Of a stretch of DNA of 64,000 nucleotides, positions 19,297-28,813 are shown in pieces. The translations under genes and the position numbers were made by a program. Under the pieces are notes generated by a model. The model had not been told where the DNA came from. It saw only the letters and a program-made list of their open reading frames with translations, and did no database searches. Source of the DNA: Gemmatimonadota bacterium (lineage in GTDB: Bacteria; Gemmatimonadota; Gemmatimonadetes; Longimicrobiales; RSA9); assembly GCA_040882575.1 (NCBI GenBank), contig JBBEBA010000077.1, positions 3,426-67,425 of the forward strand. The letters run 5' to 3'. How positions within the stretch are numbered: the first letter of the stretch is position 1; each line of letters opens with the position of its first letter.

Positions 19297-20334
19297 CTAC
19301 GCCAGAGGGGCCGGAGTCGCGAGTGCGGCGGCCGCGGCTGGTGCCGCTGCGGCGGCGGCGGCATCCATCAGGCGGAGCGCGCGTGCCGGGTCGATGTTGC
19401 CGCCCGACAGCACTGCGACGACGCGGCTGCCGGCGGCGACGCCGCAGACGCCCGAGAGCAGTGCGGCCACAGTCGCTGCGCCGGAGAACTCGACGACGAG
19501 CTTGCTGTCGGACATCAGGCGGCGCGTGGCTTCGACGATCGCGGCATCATCGACGCGCACGACCTCATCGACCAGGTCCCGCGTGTGCTCGAACGTGAGG
19601 TCGCCCGGCCGCACCGGCATCAGGCCGTCGGCGACCGTAGCGCCGGCCGGGATCGTGACGGGCTCACCCGCATCGAGCGACTGGCGCATCGCGTCCGCGG
19701 CGCGCGGCTCGACGCCAATGATCCGAACGTGCGGCGCGGTCTGGCGCACATACGCGGCAATCCCGGCGAGCAGCCCGCCGCCGCCGACCGGCGCGACGAT
19801 GACGTCCACCTCCGGGAAGTCCTCGAGTATCTCGAGGCCGACCGTGCCCTGGCCCGCGATGATGTCGGGGTGGTCGAACGCCGGCACGATCGCCAGCGAC
19901 TGCTCCGCGGCGATGGACTCCGCGCGTCGCTGCCGCTCCGTCGATGTCGTGCCCTCGAGCACGACCTCCGCGCCGAGCCTGCGGGCGCCGTCCACCTTCA
20001 CGGCCGGCGCGGTCGTCGGCATGACCACGACCGCGCGGATGCCGAACAGCTTCGCCGCGAGCGCGACGCCCTGCGCGTGATTGCCCGACGAGTAGGTGAT
20101 GACGCCACGCGCACGCACGTCGGCGGGCAGCCGCGAGATCGCGGTGTACGCGCCGCGCAGCTTGAACGCACCCGCGCGCTGCAGGTTCTCGCACTTCAGG
20201 CGGACATCCGCGCCGAGCAGCTCGCTCAGCCAGTCCGCGGGCAGAAGCGGAGTGCGCACGGCCACGCCGGCGAGTGCGCGCGCGGCCTCCGCGATGTCGG
20301 CCGTGCCGACGATGCGGCTACTCACCGAACCCAT
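19297..20334 (-). CDS. PLP-dependent threonine/serine dehydratase (no ACT domain)
   Basis: [18 protein letters not shown]...[20 protein letters not shown]...[15 protein letters not shown] at 20334 (or GTG at 20325). The ORF portion upstream overlaps gyrA. Confidence 0.85.
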   Translation of the reverse strand: MGSVSSRIVGTADIAEAARALAGVAVRTPLLPADWLSELLGADVRLKCENLQRAGAFKLRGAYTAISRLPADVRARGVITYSSGNHAQGVALAAKLFGIRAVVVMPTTAPAVKVDGARRLGAEVVLEGTTSTERQRRAESIAAEQSLAIVPAFDHPDIIAGQGTVGLEILEDFPEVDVIVAPVGGGGLLAGIAAYVRQTAPHVRIIGVEPRAADAMRQSLDAGEPVTIPAGATVADGLMPVRPGDLTFEHTRDLVDEVVRVDDAAIVEATRRLMSDSKLVVEFSGAATVAALLSGVCGVAAGSRVVAVLSGGNIDPARALRLMDAAAAAAAPAAAAALATPAPLA

Positions 20335-22915
20335 CGTCGATATCGACATCGACATCGACATCGTCGAGCACATCACCGGCGACGAGCTCGGCAGCAACGC
20401 CGCCGGCTGCGGCGAGCCTGCCGTCCTCGCTGCCGACGGGCGTCTCCGCTTCCACGACGGCCAACTCCTCATCTTCCGCGACGACGCGTGCCACGTCCAT
20501 CAGCACGTCGCCGCTGTCGAGCGCCATGACGCGCACGCCCTGCGTCGCGCGGCCGATCACGCGGATCTCACGGATACGCTGACGGTTCACCACGCCCTTG
20601 CGCGTGATCAGCATCAGTTCGTCGTCGGGGAACACACCCTTGATCGCGACGACCTTTCCGGTCTGCTCGCTGATCCGGAAGTTGATCACGCCCATGCCGC
20701 CGCGCGACTGGAAGCGGTAGTCATCGATCTTCGTGCGCTTGCCGCGGCCTTTCTCGGTCACGATGAGCAGCGTGGCATCTTCGCGGGTCTCGTGCTTCAC
20801 CACGACCATGCCGACCAGCGCATCATCCTTGCGCAGACGGATACCCCGCACGCCTGTCGCGACGCGGCCCATCTCGCGCACGTCCGACTCGTGGAACCGG
20901 ATCGCCATGCCCTCGTACGTGGCGAGAATGACTTCGTCGTTGCCGGTCGTGATCTGGACGTCGATCAGCTCGTCGTCCTCCGTGATGTTGATGGCGTTCA
21001 CGCCCGTGACCCGCACGTGGCGGTACGCACTGAGCGCTGTCTTCTTCACCACTCCCCGGCGCGACGCGAACATGAGGTACGCGTCGTCGCGGAACTCGCG
21101 GACAGGCACGATCGCCGCAATACGCTCGTCATCGCTCAGCGCGAGCAGGTTGATGATCGGCTTGCCGCGTGACGAGCGGCCGGCGACCGGGACCTCGTGC
21201 ACCTTCAGCCAGTAGCAGTGGCCACGCGCCGTGAAGATCATGAGGTAATCGTGCGTCTGCGCCGTGTACAGGTGCTCGACCCAGTCCTCGTCCTTCGTCT
21301 CCATGCCCTGCAGGCCGCGGCCACCGCGCTTCTGCGCACGATACGTGTCGAGCGGCAGCCGCTTGACGTAGCCGCTGTGCGAGACGGTGATCACCATCTC
21401 CTCGTCGGCGAGCAGGTCCTCGAGCGACATGTTGACCATGTTCGTCAGCTCGGTGCGGCGATCATCGCCGTACGACGCGGCGACGTCCGTCAGCTCGTCC
21501 TTGATGATCTGACGACGACGCTCGACGCTGGCGAGGATGTCGCGCAGGTCGGCAATCGTGGCGCGGACCTCGGCCAGCTCGGCCTCGAGCTTCTCGATCT
21601 CGAGGCCCGTCAGGCGGCCGAGACGCATGTCGAGGATGGCCTTCGCCTGTCGCTCCGACAGGCCGAACCGCTCCTGCAGCCGCGCGTTCGCGGTCTCCGT
21701 GTCCGGCGAAGCCTTGATCAGCTCGACGACCTCGTCGATCGCGTCCACGGCGATCTTCAGGCCCTCGAGGATGTGCTCGCGATCGAGCGCGTGCTCCAGG
21801 TCGTACTCGCTGCGACGCACGATCACGACGTGGCGATGCTCGACGAAATGCGTGATCATCTCGAGTAGGTCCATGATCTTCGGCACGCCGTTCACCAGCG
21901 CGAGCATGATCACGCCGAACGTCGACTGCATCTGCGTGTGCTTGTACAGCTGGTTCAGCACGATCTGCGGGATCGCGTCGCGCTTCAGCTCGATCACGAC
22001 GCGGATGCCGTCGCGGTCGGACTCGTCGCGCAGGTCCGTGATCTCCGTGACCTTCTTCTCGCGGACGAGACCGGCGATCTGCTCGATCATGCGCGACTTG
22101 TTCACCATGAACGGTACTTCCGTCACGATGATGCGCGGCTTGCCCTGGTCCGGCTCCTCGATCAGCGCCTTTGCCCGCATCACGACCCGGCCGCGACCAG
22201 TGCGGTATGCCTCGTCGATGCCCTCGCGGCCGCAGATGTAGCCGCCCGTCGGGAAGTCGGGGCCGTGCACGAATTTCGTGAGGTCCTCGACCGTCGCATC
22301 CGGGTTGTCGACCAGGTGCACGCACGCGGCGACCACCTCGCGCAGGTTGTGTGGTGGGATGTTCGTCGCCATGCCGACAGCGATGCCGCTGCTGCCGTTC
22401 ACGAGCAGGTTCGGGAACTTCGCCGGCAGGACGGTAGGCTCCTGGAGCCGGTCGTCGAAGTTCGGTGCCGTGTTCACCGTGTTCTTGTCGATGTCGGCGA
22501 GCAGCTCGCCGGCGAGGCGCGTGAGGCGAGCCTCGGTGTAGCGGTAGGCGGCCGCGTTGTCGCCGTCGATCGAGCCGAAGTTGCCCTGGCCGTCGACGAG
22601 CGGGTAGCGCAGCGAGAAGTCCTGGACCATCCGCACCATCGCCTCGTACACGGACGAGTCGCCGTGCGGGTGGTACTTGCCGAGCACGTCGCCGACGACC
22701 GTCGCGCTCTTGCGGAACGGGCGGCCCGCCGAGAGACCGGCCTCCTGCATCGCGTACAGAATGCGACGGTGCACAGGCTTCAGGCCATCGCGCACGTCGG
22801 GCAGCGCACGCTGCACGATCACGCTCATGGAATAGTCCAGGAACGAGTCACGCATCTCGTCCTCGATGAGGCGCGGAAGGACCCGTGAAGTATCCGGCGG
22901 CGGAGTGCTCGACAT
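20318..22915 (-). CDS. gyrA: DNA gyrase subunit A
   Basis: 865 aa. [23 protein letters not shown]...[10 protein letters not shown] (active-site Tyr region), C-terminal beta-pinwheel repeats and an acidic (DV)n tail. Confidence 0.97.
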   Translation of the reverse strand: MSSTPPPDTSRVLPRLIEDEMRDSFLDYSMSVIVQRALPDVRDGLKPVHRRILYAMQEAGLSAGRPFRKSATVVGDVLGKYHPHGDSSVYEAMVRMVQDFSLRYPLVDGQGNFGSIDGDNAAAYRYTEARLTRLAGELLADIDKNTVNTAPNFDDRLQEPTVLPAKFPNLLVNGSSGIAVGMATNIPPHNLREVVAACVHLVDNPDATVEDLTKFVHGPDFPTGGYICGREGIDEAYRTGRGRVVMRAKALIEEPDQGKPRIIVTEVPFMVNKSRMIEQIAGLVREKKVTEITDLRDESDRDGIRVVIELKRDAIPQIVLNQLYKHTQMQSTFGVIMLALVNGVPKIMDLLEMITHFVEHRHVVIVRRSEYDLEHALDREHILEGLKIAVDAIDEVVELIKASPDTETANARLQERFGLSERQAKAILDMRLGRLTGLEIEKLEAELAEVRATIADLRDILASVERRRQIIKDELTDVAASYGDDRRTELTNMVNMSLEDLLADEEMVITVSHSGYVKRLPLDTYRAQKRGGRGLQGMETKDEDWVEHLYTAQTHDYLMIFTARGHCYWLKVHEVPVAGRSSRGKPIINLLALSDDERIAAIVPVREFRDDAYLMFASRRGVVKKTALSAYRHVRVTGVNAINITEDDELIDVQITTGNDEVILATYEGMAIRFHESDVREMGRVATGVRGIRLRKDDALVGMVVVKHETREDATLLIVTEKGRGKRTKIDDYRFQSRGGMGVINFRISEQTGKVVAIKGVFPDDELMLITRKGVVNRQRIREIRVIGRATQGVRVMALDSGDVLMDVARVVAEDEELAVVEAETPVGSEDGRLAAAGGVAAELVAGDVLDDVDVDVDIDDGFGE

Positions 22916-23155
22916 GAAAATCCGTTGGTTCGGTCAGGGAGCAGGGTGCTGCGTCGTGCAGCGGGGCTGGCGCTGTTGTTCGGCAGCGGCGCCGGCCCGG
23001 TTTCGGCTGTGTTATGGTACCCTTTCGCGCGCGCGGTGTGCCTGTGCGCGCACGCGTGTGTAGGACGGGAGAATGTACGGTGCGGGAGGGGGTGTCGCCA
23101 GAGGGAGCGGCGGGCGAGCTGCGGGAACGAACGGGGGCGGTGGAGGGGCGGGTTG

Positions 23156-23198
23156 AGGCTTCATGGGTCAGGCGTGGAGGAGGGGTTGGGTTCCGGGG
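23156..23198 (+). repeat. Copy A of a 43-nt intergenic repeat
   Basis: AGGCTTCATGGGTCAGGCGTGGAGGAGGGGTTGGGTTCCGGGG. The first 28 nt are identical to the copy at 24551-24593, and about 90% of the whole is identical. Confidence 0.9.
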
Positions 23199-23269
23199 TG
23201 GGGAGTGGGGGGCGCAGTTCGCGATCCGGTGCGATTGACCTGGAGGATGGGAGCACCGAACATGGGGCA

Positions 23270-24451
23270 ATGCACCATTCTCCTCGCCGGCGATGCCGCC
23301 GCTTCCTGCTGCGCGGCAGGCGCGCGGCACGCGCCACGCGCGCTGCGCGGTTGCCACTCGCCATCGCGTTCCTTCTGCTGAGCGCATGTGGTGGACGGGG
23401 CTCGGAAGTGATCGAGACCAGGACATTCGTCGAGGAGCAGCGCATCGGTTCGCTCCATGATCCTGCGTCCGCCCTGACGGACGTGCACGGGCTCGCCGTC
23501 TCCGATGATGGGGAGCTGTTCGTTGCGCAGCCTCAGGAAGGGGTCGTGAAGGTCATCGACGTCACGTCGGGCACGATCGTGCGGACCATTGGACGCGCCG
23601 GATCCGGTCCGGGCGAGTTCATCGGGGTCGGAGTCCTGGGCTTGCAAGGCGATACACTCTGGGCGCTCGACAACGCGGGAGCGCTGAACTACTTCACGGC
23701 GGCGGGCGAGCACCTCCGGACCGTGAGGCTGCCCCCCCTGAGGACCGAGGCCGTGTCTGTCCCGGGGAGCGGCATCCCCACACCCGAGGGCAGGCACCTC
23801 GCCGTCGCCCACGGCAGCTCGGGCGAGCGCGACGTGCCGATCCTGGTGCGGTGCGCGGACGGCACGGTCTGCGATACGGCAGTGGTCCGCCGTACGGAGC
23901 GGAAGGGGCAGGCTCGAATCGACACGGGCCGAGGCATTGCGATGGTGCTGCTGCCTTTCCGTGATGGGGCCGTCATGGGGATACAGCCGGAGACCGCCGA
24001 GCTGGCGCTGGCCGTGGCCAGCAAACAGTACCATACAATCTCGCTCGTGCGCGTCACATCAACGGGTGACACGATCCTGAACACGACACTCCCGTACGAG
24101 CCGATCCCCATCTCGCCGGCTCACCTGGACAGCATCATGGCGAGGAATCCCCTGTTGGAGCAGCAGAATGCGGAATACCGGCGCGGGTTCCGGGAGGCGC
24201 TCGAGCGGTTCACGCACTTCCCGCCGGTTACGCGCGTGTACCCGGCGGCAGACGGCGTGACCTGGCTGCGCAGAGAGCGGACGGGCGCGGATTCCGCGAC
24301 GTGGACGAGCGTGCGGCCGGACGGATCGGTCTGGTTCGATGCGCGCCTGCCGAGCGAGGCCGACATTCGGTGGGCGTCGGGTGAGATCATCTGGGCCGTG
24401 ATTCCGGACGAACTGGATGTGCCGTTCCTCGTCCGACTGCGAGCGCGGTGA
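23270..24451 (+). CDS. Lipoprotein, putative 6-bladed beta-propeller (NHL/TolB-like)
   Basis: Internal ATG at 23270 gives MHHSPRRR...LAIAFLLLSACGG (lipobox). Propeller-like strands follow, e.g. GLAVSDDGELFVAQPQEGVVKVID...GSGPGEF. The track ORF's N-terminal extension covers the G-rich repeat and is not credible. Confidence 0.65.
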   Translation: MHHSPRRRCRRFLLRGRRAARATRAARLPLAIAFLLLSACGGRGSEVIETRTFVEEQRIGSLHDPASALTDVHGLAVSDDGELFVAQPQEGVVKVIDVTSGTIVRTIGRAGSGPGEFIGVGVLGLQGDTLWALDNAGALNYFTAAGEHLRTVRLPPLRTEAVSVPGSGIPTPEGRHLAVAHGSSGERDVPILVRCADGTVCDTAVVRRTERKGQARIDTGRGIAMVLLPFRDGAVMGIQPETAELALAVASKQYHTISLVRVTSTGDTILNTTLPYEPIPISPAHLDSIMARNPLLEQQNAEYRRGFREALERFTHFPPVTRVYPAADGVTWLRRERTGADSATWTSVRPDGSVWFDARLPSEADIRWASGEIIWAVIPDELDVPFLVRLRAR

Positions 24452-24550
24452 GGGATACGGCACGTAGGCCCGCGCTGGACGACGGACACGGGGGAGCCGG
24501 GAGCCGCTGACTTCCTCTGCGACGGATGGGGTGGGCGGAGGGGAGCGTTA

Positions 24551-24593
24551 AGGCTTCATGGGTCAGGCGTGGAGGAGGAGTGGGGTTCCGGGG
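24551..24593 (+). repeat. Copy B of the 43-nt intergenic repeat
   Basis: AGGCTTCATGGGTCAGGCGTGGAGGAGGAGTGGGGTTCCGGGG; see copy A. Confidence 0.9.
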
Positions 24594-24860
24594 AATGGCT
24601 CGGGGGGTGACCTTCCGCGCCCTGTCCCGCCTGCGCATGGAAATGGCCGCCGCCGCCTGCAGAGCGGGGGTAACGGAGGGCGCGGCACGTCCTGTATGGC
24701 TCTTTGGGACACCGGCCGCTTTCGTGCGAGCCGCGGGTTGATCCGACCCAACACGCCTCTCCCCCAGGCCCCGCGATCGGGGGGGCGGACGGGAGGGAGG
24801 CCGGCGTCCAGGCGAGACGCACCCCGCCCCCAGCCGGCCGCAAAGCAGTCAGCGACAGCT

Positions 24861-25895
24861 CTACGCCACCGCCACGTAATCGTGCCCCTCAACCCACCCG
24901 TATGAGTTCAACGCCGCCCGAATCTCTTCCCGCCCGTTCATCTGCCCGACCGCCGCGACCACGAACGAGCCCTTGAACTGCTCGACCGTATCCGGCGCGA
25001 CGACGGGCGCGTCGTGGATGGTCTGGCCGATCTTGCGCGGGTCGAGCTCGACGAATGCCTTGACGCCGACATCCTGCGCCTGCAGCTCGAGCGCGAACGC
25101 CTTGCCGACAGGACCCGCGCCCCAGACCACGACGCCCTTCTCGGCATGCCCGTTCAGCACGGTCTGCTTGAGGTAGTGGATCTTGCAGCGGCGGAACGAG
25201 TCCTCGTTGTAGCGCGGATCCATGCGCGACGTGCGGTCGAGCCGCTCACGCCAGCGCAGCAGGATCTCGGGCACCTTCGCCATGCGGACGCCCTCCTGCC
25301 AGAGGCGGAAGATGAGGTCGTAGTCCTCCGGCCAGCCGTTGTCCTGGTAGCCACCGACCTGGTCGAGGACGGTACGCCGTATCGCCATCGTGGGGTGCGC
25401 GATCGGGCACTCCACGAATATGTCGCGGGTGATGTCCTCGTGCTCGACGAGCGCATTGATCCACAGCTCGTAGCGCTGCGCGCCGCCCTGGACGACGCTG
25501 CGCGGGAAGTAGCGCACGAGCGTGCCGCACAGGCCGACCTCGGGATGCGCGTCGAGCAGCTCGACCTGCTTGTGGATGCGGTTCGAGTACGCGACGTCGT
25601 CGGCGTCCATGCGGACCAGGATCTCGCCCTTCGATTCGGCGATCGCGTGCTGCAGTGTCGCGACGATGCCGGACGCCGGCTGGCGGATCACCTTGACGCG
25701 CTTGTCCTCCTTCGCCCACGCCTCGAGCAGCTCGAGCGTAGCGTCGGTCGAGCCGTCGTCTACCGCGATGATCTCGAAGTTCTGAAAGCTCTGCGCCTGG
25801 ATGGACGCAACCGTGTCGGGCAGGTATGCAGCGGCATCCCTGCACGGCAGCAGGATCGAGACGCGCGGCGCGGGTGCGGCAGTCTTGCGCTTCAC
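24861..25895 (-). CDS. Family 2 glycosyltransferase with a C-terminal Rossmann-like extension
   Basis: VSILLPCRDAAAYL...IIAVDDGSTD...RMDADD (GT2 DxD). The C-terminal VVWGAGPVGKAF is a nucleotide-binding-like loop. The start overlaps the uvrA stop by 4 nt. Confidence 0.82.
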   Translation of the reverse strand: MKRKTAAPAPRVSILLPCRDAAAYLPDTVASIQAQSFQNFEIIAVDDGSTDATLELLEAWAKEDKRVKVIRQPASGIVATLQHAIAESKGEILVRMDADDVAYSNRIHKQVELLDAHPEVGLCGTLVRYFPRSVVQGGAQRYELWINALVEHEDITRDIFVECPIAHPTMAIRRTVLDQVGGYQDNGWPEDYDLIFRLWQEGVRMAKVPEILLRWRERLDRTSRMDPRYNEDSFRRCKIHYLKQTVLNGHAEKGVVVWGAGPVGKAFALELQAQDVGVKAFVELDPRKIGQTIHDAPVVAPDTVEQFKGSFVVAAVGQMNGREEIRAALNSYGWVEGHDYVAVA

Positions 25896-28753
25896 GAGAG
25901 TGCTCCGGCTCGGGTTGCGGCCGCGCTCAGTGCTTCGCGCAGGTAGCGCGCGGTATGGCTGGTATTGTTCTTCACGACGTCCTCCGGTCTGCCCATGACG
26001 ACGACATGTCCGCCGTCGTCGCCGGCCTCAGGTCCCATGTCGATGATCCAGTCGGCCGCCGCGATGGCGTCGACATTGTGCTCGATGAGCACCACGGTGT
26101 GTCCCGTGTCGGTCAGGCGGCGCAGCACACCGATCAGCTTGCGCACCTCGGGCCCCGACAGGCCGGTCGTCGGCTCGTCGAGGATGTAGACGCGGTGACC
26201 ACGCTTCCTGAAAGCGCCGATCAGCTCGCGTGCGATCTTCAGCCGCTGTGCTTCGCCACCCGACAGCGTGGGCGCCGGCTGGCCGAGCCGCAGGTAGCCG
26301 AGGCCGACCTGCTGCAGCTGCCACAGCATCTGGCCGAGCCGGTCCTCGCGCAGGAAGAAGCGGATCGCCTCGTCCACCGTGAGGTCGAGGACCTCGCGGA
26401 TGCTCAGACCCTTGTACTTCACCTCGAGCGTCTCGCGCCTGTAGCGGGCGCCGCCGCACACATCGCAGGGCAGCCAGACATCGGCGAGGAACACCATCTC
26501 GATCTGCACGACGCCCTCGCCCTGACACTCCTCGCACCGGCCGCCCTTCACGTTGAACGAGAAATGGCCGGGCATATAGCCCCGCTGCTGCGACAGCGGC
26601 TGCTGCGCGAAGATCTCGCGCACGAAGTCGAACGCCTTGATGTAGGTCACCGGGTTCGATCGGTGTGACTTGCCGATCGGCGCCTGATCCACGAGCACGA
26701 CGGCGTCGATCGTGCGCAGCCCCTCGATGTCGTCGTAATGACCGACGACCTCGCCGAGGTGGCGCTTCGCGCTGGTATCGCCGTCGGCCAGCCGGGCCTC
26801 GAGCGCGCGGTAGAGGACGTCGTGGACGAGCGTGCTCTTGCCGGAGCCGCTGACGCCCGTGACGGCAGTCAGCTCGCCCAGCGGGATGTCGATGTCCACG
26901 TTCTTCACATTGTGCTGCCGGGCGCCCCGCAGCTTCAGCCAGTTCCGGGTGGGCACTCTCCTGGGGGGCTTGAGCGGCGGCTCGCGACCGGAAATATAAC
27001 GCCCCGTGGACGTTTCCGCTTCCCTGAGTGACGCAACCGGTCCCTGAAACACTACGGTTCCGCCCTTTTCGCCGCTGCCGGGACCCAGCTCGAGCACATG
27101 GTCGGCGGCCTCGATCGCCGCAACATCGTGCTCCACGACGACGACGGTATTGCCGCGGTCGCGGAGCGCGGCGAGCAGCGCGAGCAGCCGGTCGGTGTCG
27201 CGCGGGTGCAGGCCGACGGTCGGCTCGTCCAGCACGTAGAGCGTGTCCATGAGCCGGGAACCGAGCGAGTTCGCCAGCATGATCCGCTGTGCCTCGCCGC
27301 CGGACAGCGTGCGCGCCTGGCGGTCGATCGTGAGGTAGCCGAGTCCGACGTCGTCGAGAAACCGGATCCTGGACCCGAGCTCGCTGGCTATCGGCGCCGC
27401 AATGCCGTGCTCCTGGGGCGAGAGCGGTTCAGCCGTGCCGTCGGCCACCAGGTCGGCTAGCCACTCGCGCAGCCGCGTGATCGGCAGGCGGCTGGCCGAG
27501 CCGATGTCCAGTCCGCCGACGCGCACCAGCAGCGCCTCACCGCGCAAGCGAGAGCCGCGGCATTCGACGCACTCGCGCGCGGTCTGATACTGCCGCAGGA
27601 ACACACGGATGTACTGCTTGTACCGCTTCTCCTCGCGCGACCGGAGGAACGGGATCACGCCCTGGAACACGCGGCGGCGGCCACGGATCACGTCGTCGCG
27701 AAACTTCTGCGGCAGGTCGCGCCACGCGACGTTCGCGGGCACGCCCTGCTCCTTCGCGAACGCAAGCAGCTTCGCGCGGTAGCGCTTGTAGCGCGGCTTC
27801 TCCCACGGGTCGACCGCACCTTCCTTCAGCGAGCGGCCGGCGTTCGGCACGATCAGGTCCCGGTCGTACTCGAGCGTCGCGCCGAAGCCGGTGCACGTCG
27901 GGCACGAGCCGTACGGGTTGTTGAACGAGAAGAGACGCGGCGACGGTTCGAGGAACCGGATCTCCGGATGATCCGGGCAGTAGAACCGCTCGGAGAAGAG
28001 CATGCGCCGGTTGTCCGGGAGCACCTGCACCACCACCTCGCCGTCACCTTCGCGGAACGCGGTGCCGAGCGAGTCGGCAACACGGTCGCGCATGTCGCCG
28101 CGCAGGATCAGCCGGTCTCCGACGACGAGCAGGTCCTCGGCCGCGGCCAGGTCCACGGGCGCGGTCGCGACGTCCTGCATCAGCGGCTCGTCGAGCTCGA
28201 GCATCCCGCCGCCTGCAATCACGCGCATGAAGCCGAGCGCGCGCAGGTTGTCGAGGATCGTTGCGTGCGTGACGCGCTCGCTGCGCGGCAGCGGGAACGC
28301 GATGAGCAGCCGCGTGTCGTCCGGCAGCGCGAGGATCGCGTCCGTCGCGGACTGCACGGTGTCGGGCACGATGCGACGATCGCATTCCGGGCAGTGCGTG
28401 CGGCCGGCGCGCGCCCAGAGCAGCCGCATGTAGTCGTACGCCTCGGTCGCGGTCCCCACCGTCGAGCGGCTCGTTCGCGTCGGATTCCTCTGCTCGATCG
28501 CGACCGCGGGGCTCAACCCGTCGATCATGTCCACGGCCGGCTTCTCCATCCGGTCGAGGAACTGCTTCGCATAGGTGGACAGCGACTCGACGTAGCGGCG
28601 CTGCCCCTCCGCGTACAGCGTGTCGAACGCGAGCGTGGACTTGCCCGAACCGCTGGGACCTGTGACCACGACGAGCGAACGACGTGGGAGGTCGACATCG
28701 ATCGACTTCAGATTATGCTGCCGCGCGTTGCGGATGATGATGCGGTCCTTCAT
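25892..28753 (-). CDS. uvrA: Excinuclease ABC subunit A
   Basis: 953 aa. MKDRIIIRNARQHNLKSIDVDLPR..VVVTGPSGSGKSTLAFDTLYAEGQRRY, a second Walker A GVSGSGKSTL, and zinc-finger Cys clusters. Confidence 0.97.
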   Translation of the reverse strand: MKDRIIIRNARQHNLKSIDVDLPRRSLVVVTGPSGSGKSTLAFDTLYAEGQRRYVESLSTYAKQFLDRMEKPAVDMIDGLSPAVAIEQRNPTRTSRSTVGTATEAYDYMRLLWARAGRTHCPECDRRIVPDTVQSATDAILALPDDTRLLIAFPLPRSERVTHATILDNLRALGFMRVIAGGGMLELDEPLMQDVATAPVDLAAAEDLLVVGDRLILRGDMRDRVADSLGTAFREGDGEVVVQVLPDNRRMLFSERFYCPDHPEIRFLEPSPRLFSFNNPYGSCPTCTGFGATLEYDRDLIVPNAGRSLKEGAVDPWEKPRYKRYRAKLLAFAKEQGVPANVAWRDLPQKFRDDVIRGRRRVFQGVIPFLRSREEKRYKQYIRVFLRQYQTARECVECRGSRLRGEALLVRVGGLDIGSASRLPITRLREWLADLVADGTAEPLSPQEHGIAAPIASELGSRIRFLDDVGLGYLTIDRQARTLSGGEAQRIMLANSLGSRLMDTLYVLDEPTVGLHPRDTDRLLALLAALRDRGNTVVVVEHDVAAIEAADHVLELGPGSGEKGGTVVFQGPVASLREAETSTGRYISGREPPLKPPRRVPTRNWLKLRGARQHNVKNVDIDIPLGELTAVTGVSGSGKSTLVHDVLYRALEARLADGDTSAKRHLGEVVGHYDDIEGLRTIDAVVLVDQAPIGKSHRSNPVTYIKAFDFVREIFAQQPLSQQRGYMPGHFSFNVKGGRCEECQGEGVVQIEMVFLADVWLPCDVCGGARYRRETLEVKYKGLSIREVLDLTVDEAIRFFLREDRLGQMLWQLQQVGLGYLRLGQPAPTLSGGEAQRLKIARELIGAFRKRGHRVYILDEPTTGLSGPEVRKLIGVLRRLTDTGHTVVLIEHNVDAIAAADWIIDMGPEAGDDGGHVVVMGRPEDVVKNNTSHTARYLREALSAAATRAGALS

Positions 28754-28813
28754 CGTGCGGCTGTATACACCACTGCTGCCGCAAAGATCACGGGATCGCG
28801 AGGCGAGAAGCGA

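Noticed and set aside
22925-23269. N-terminal 115 aa of track ORF 22925..24451. Similar upstream extensions occur in ORFs 1240..2499, 16013..16945, 16804..17697, 37877..39853, 53783..57382 and 62345..63769.
   Set aside because: The extensions cross intergenic repeats or neighbouring genes, lack coding character and precede internal starts. Those internal starts give proper signal peptides or conserved N-termini, so I used the shorter coordinates.
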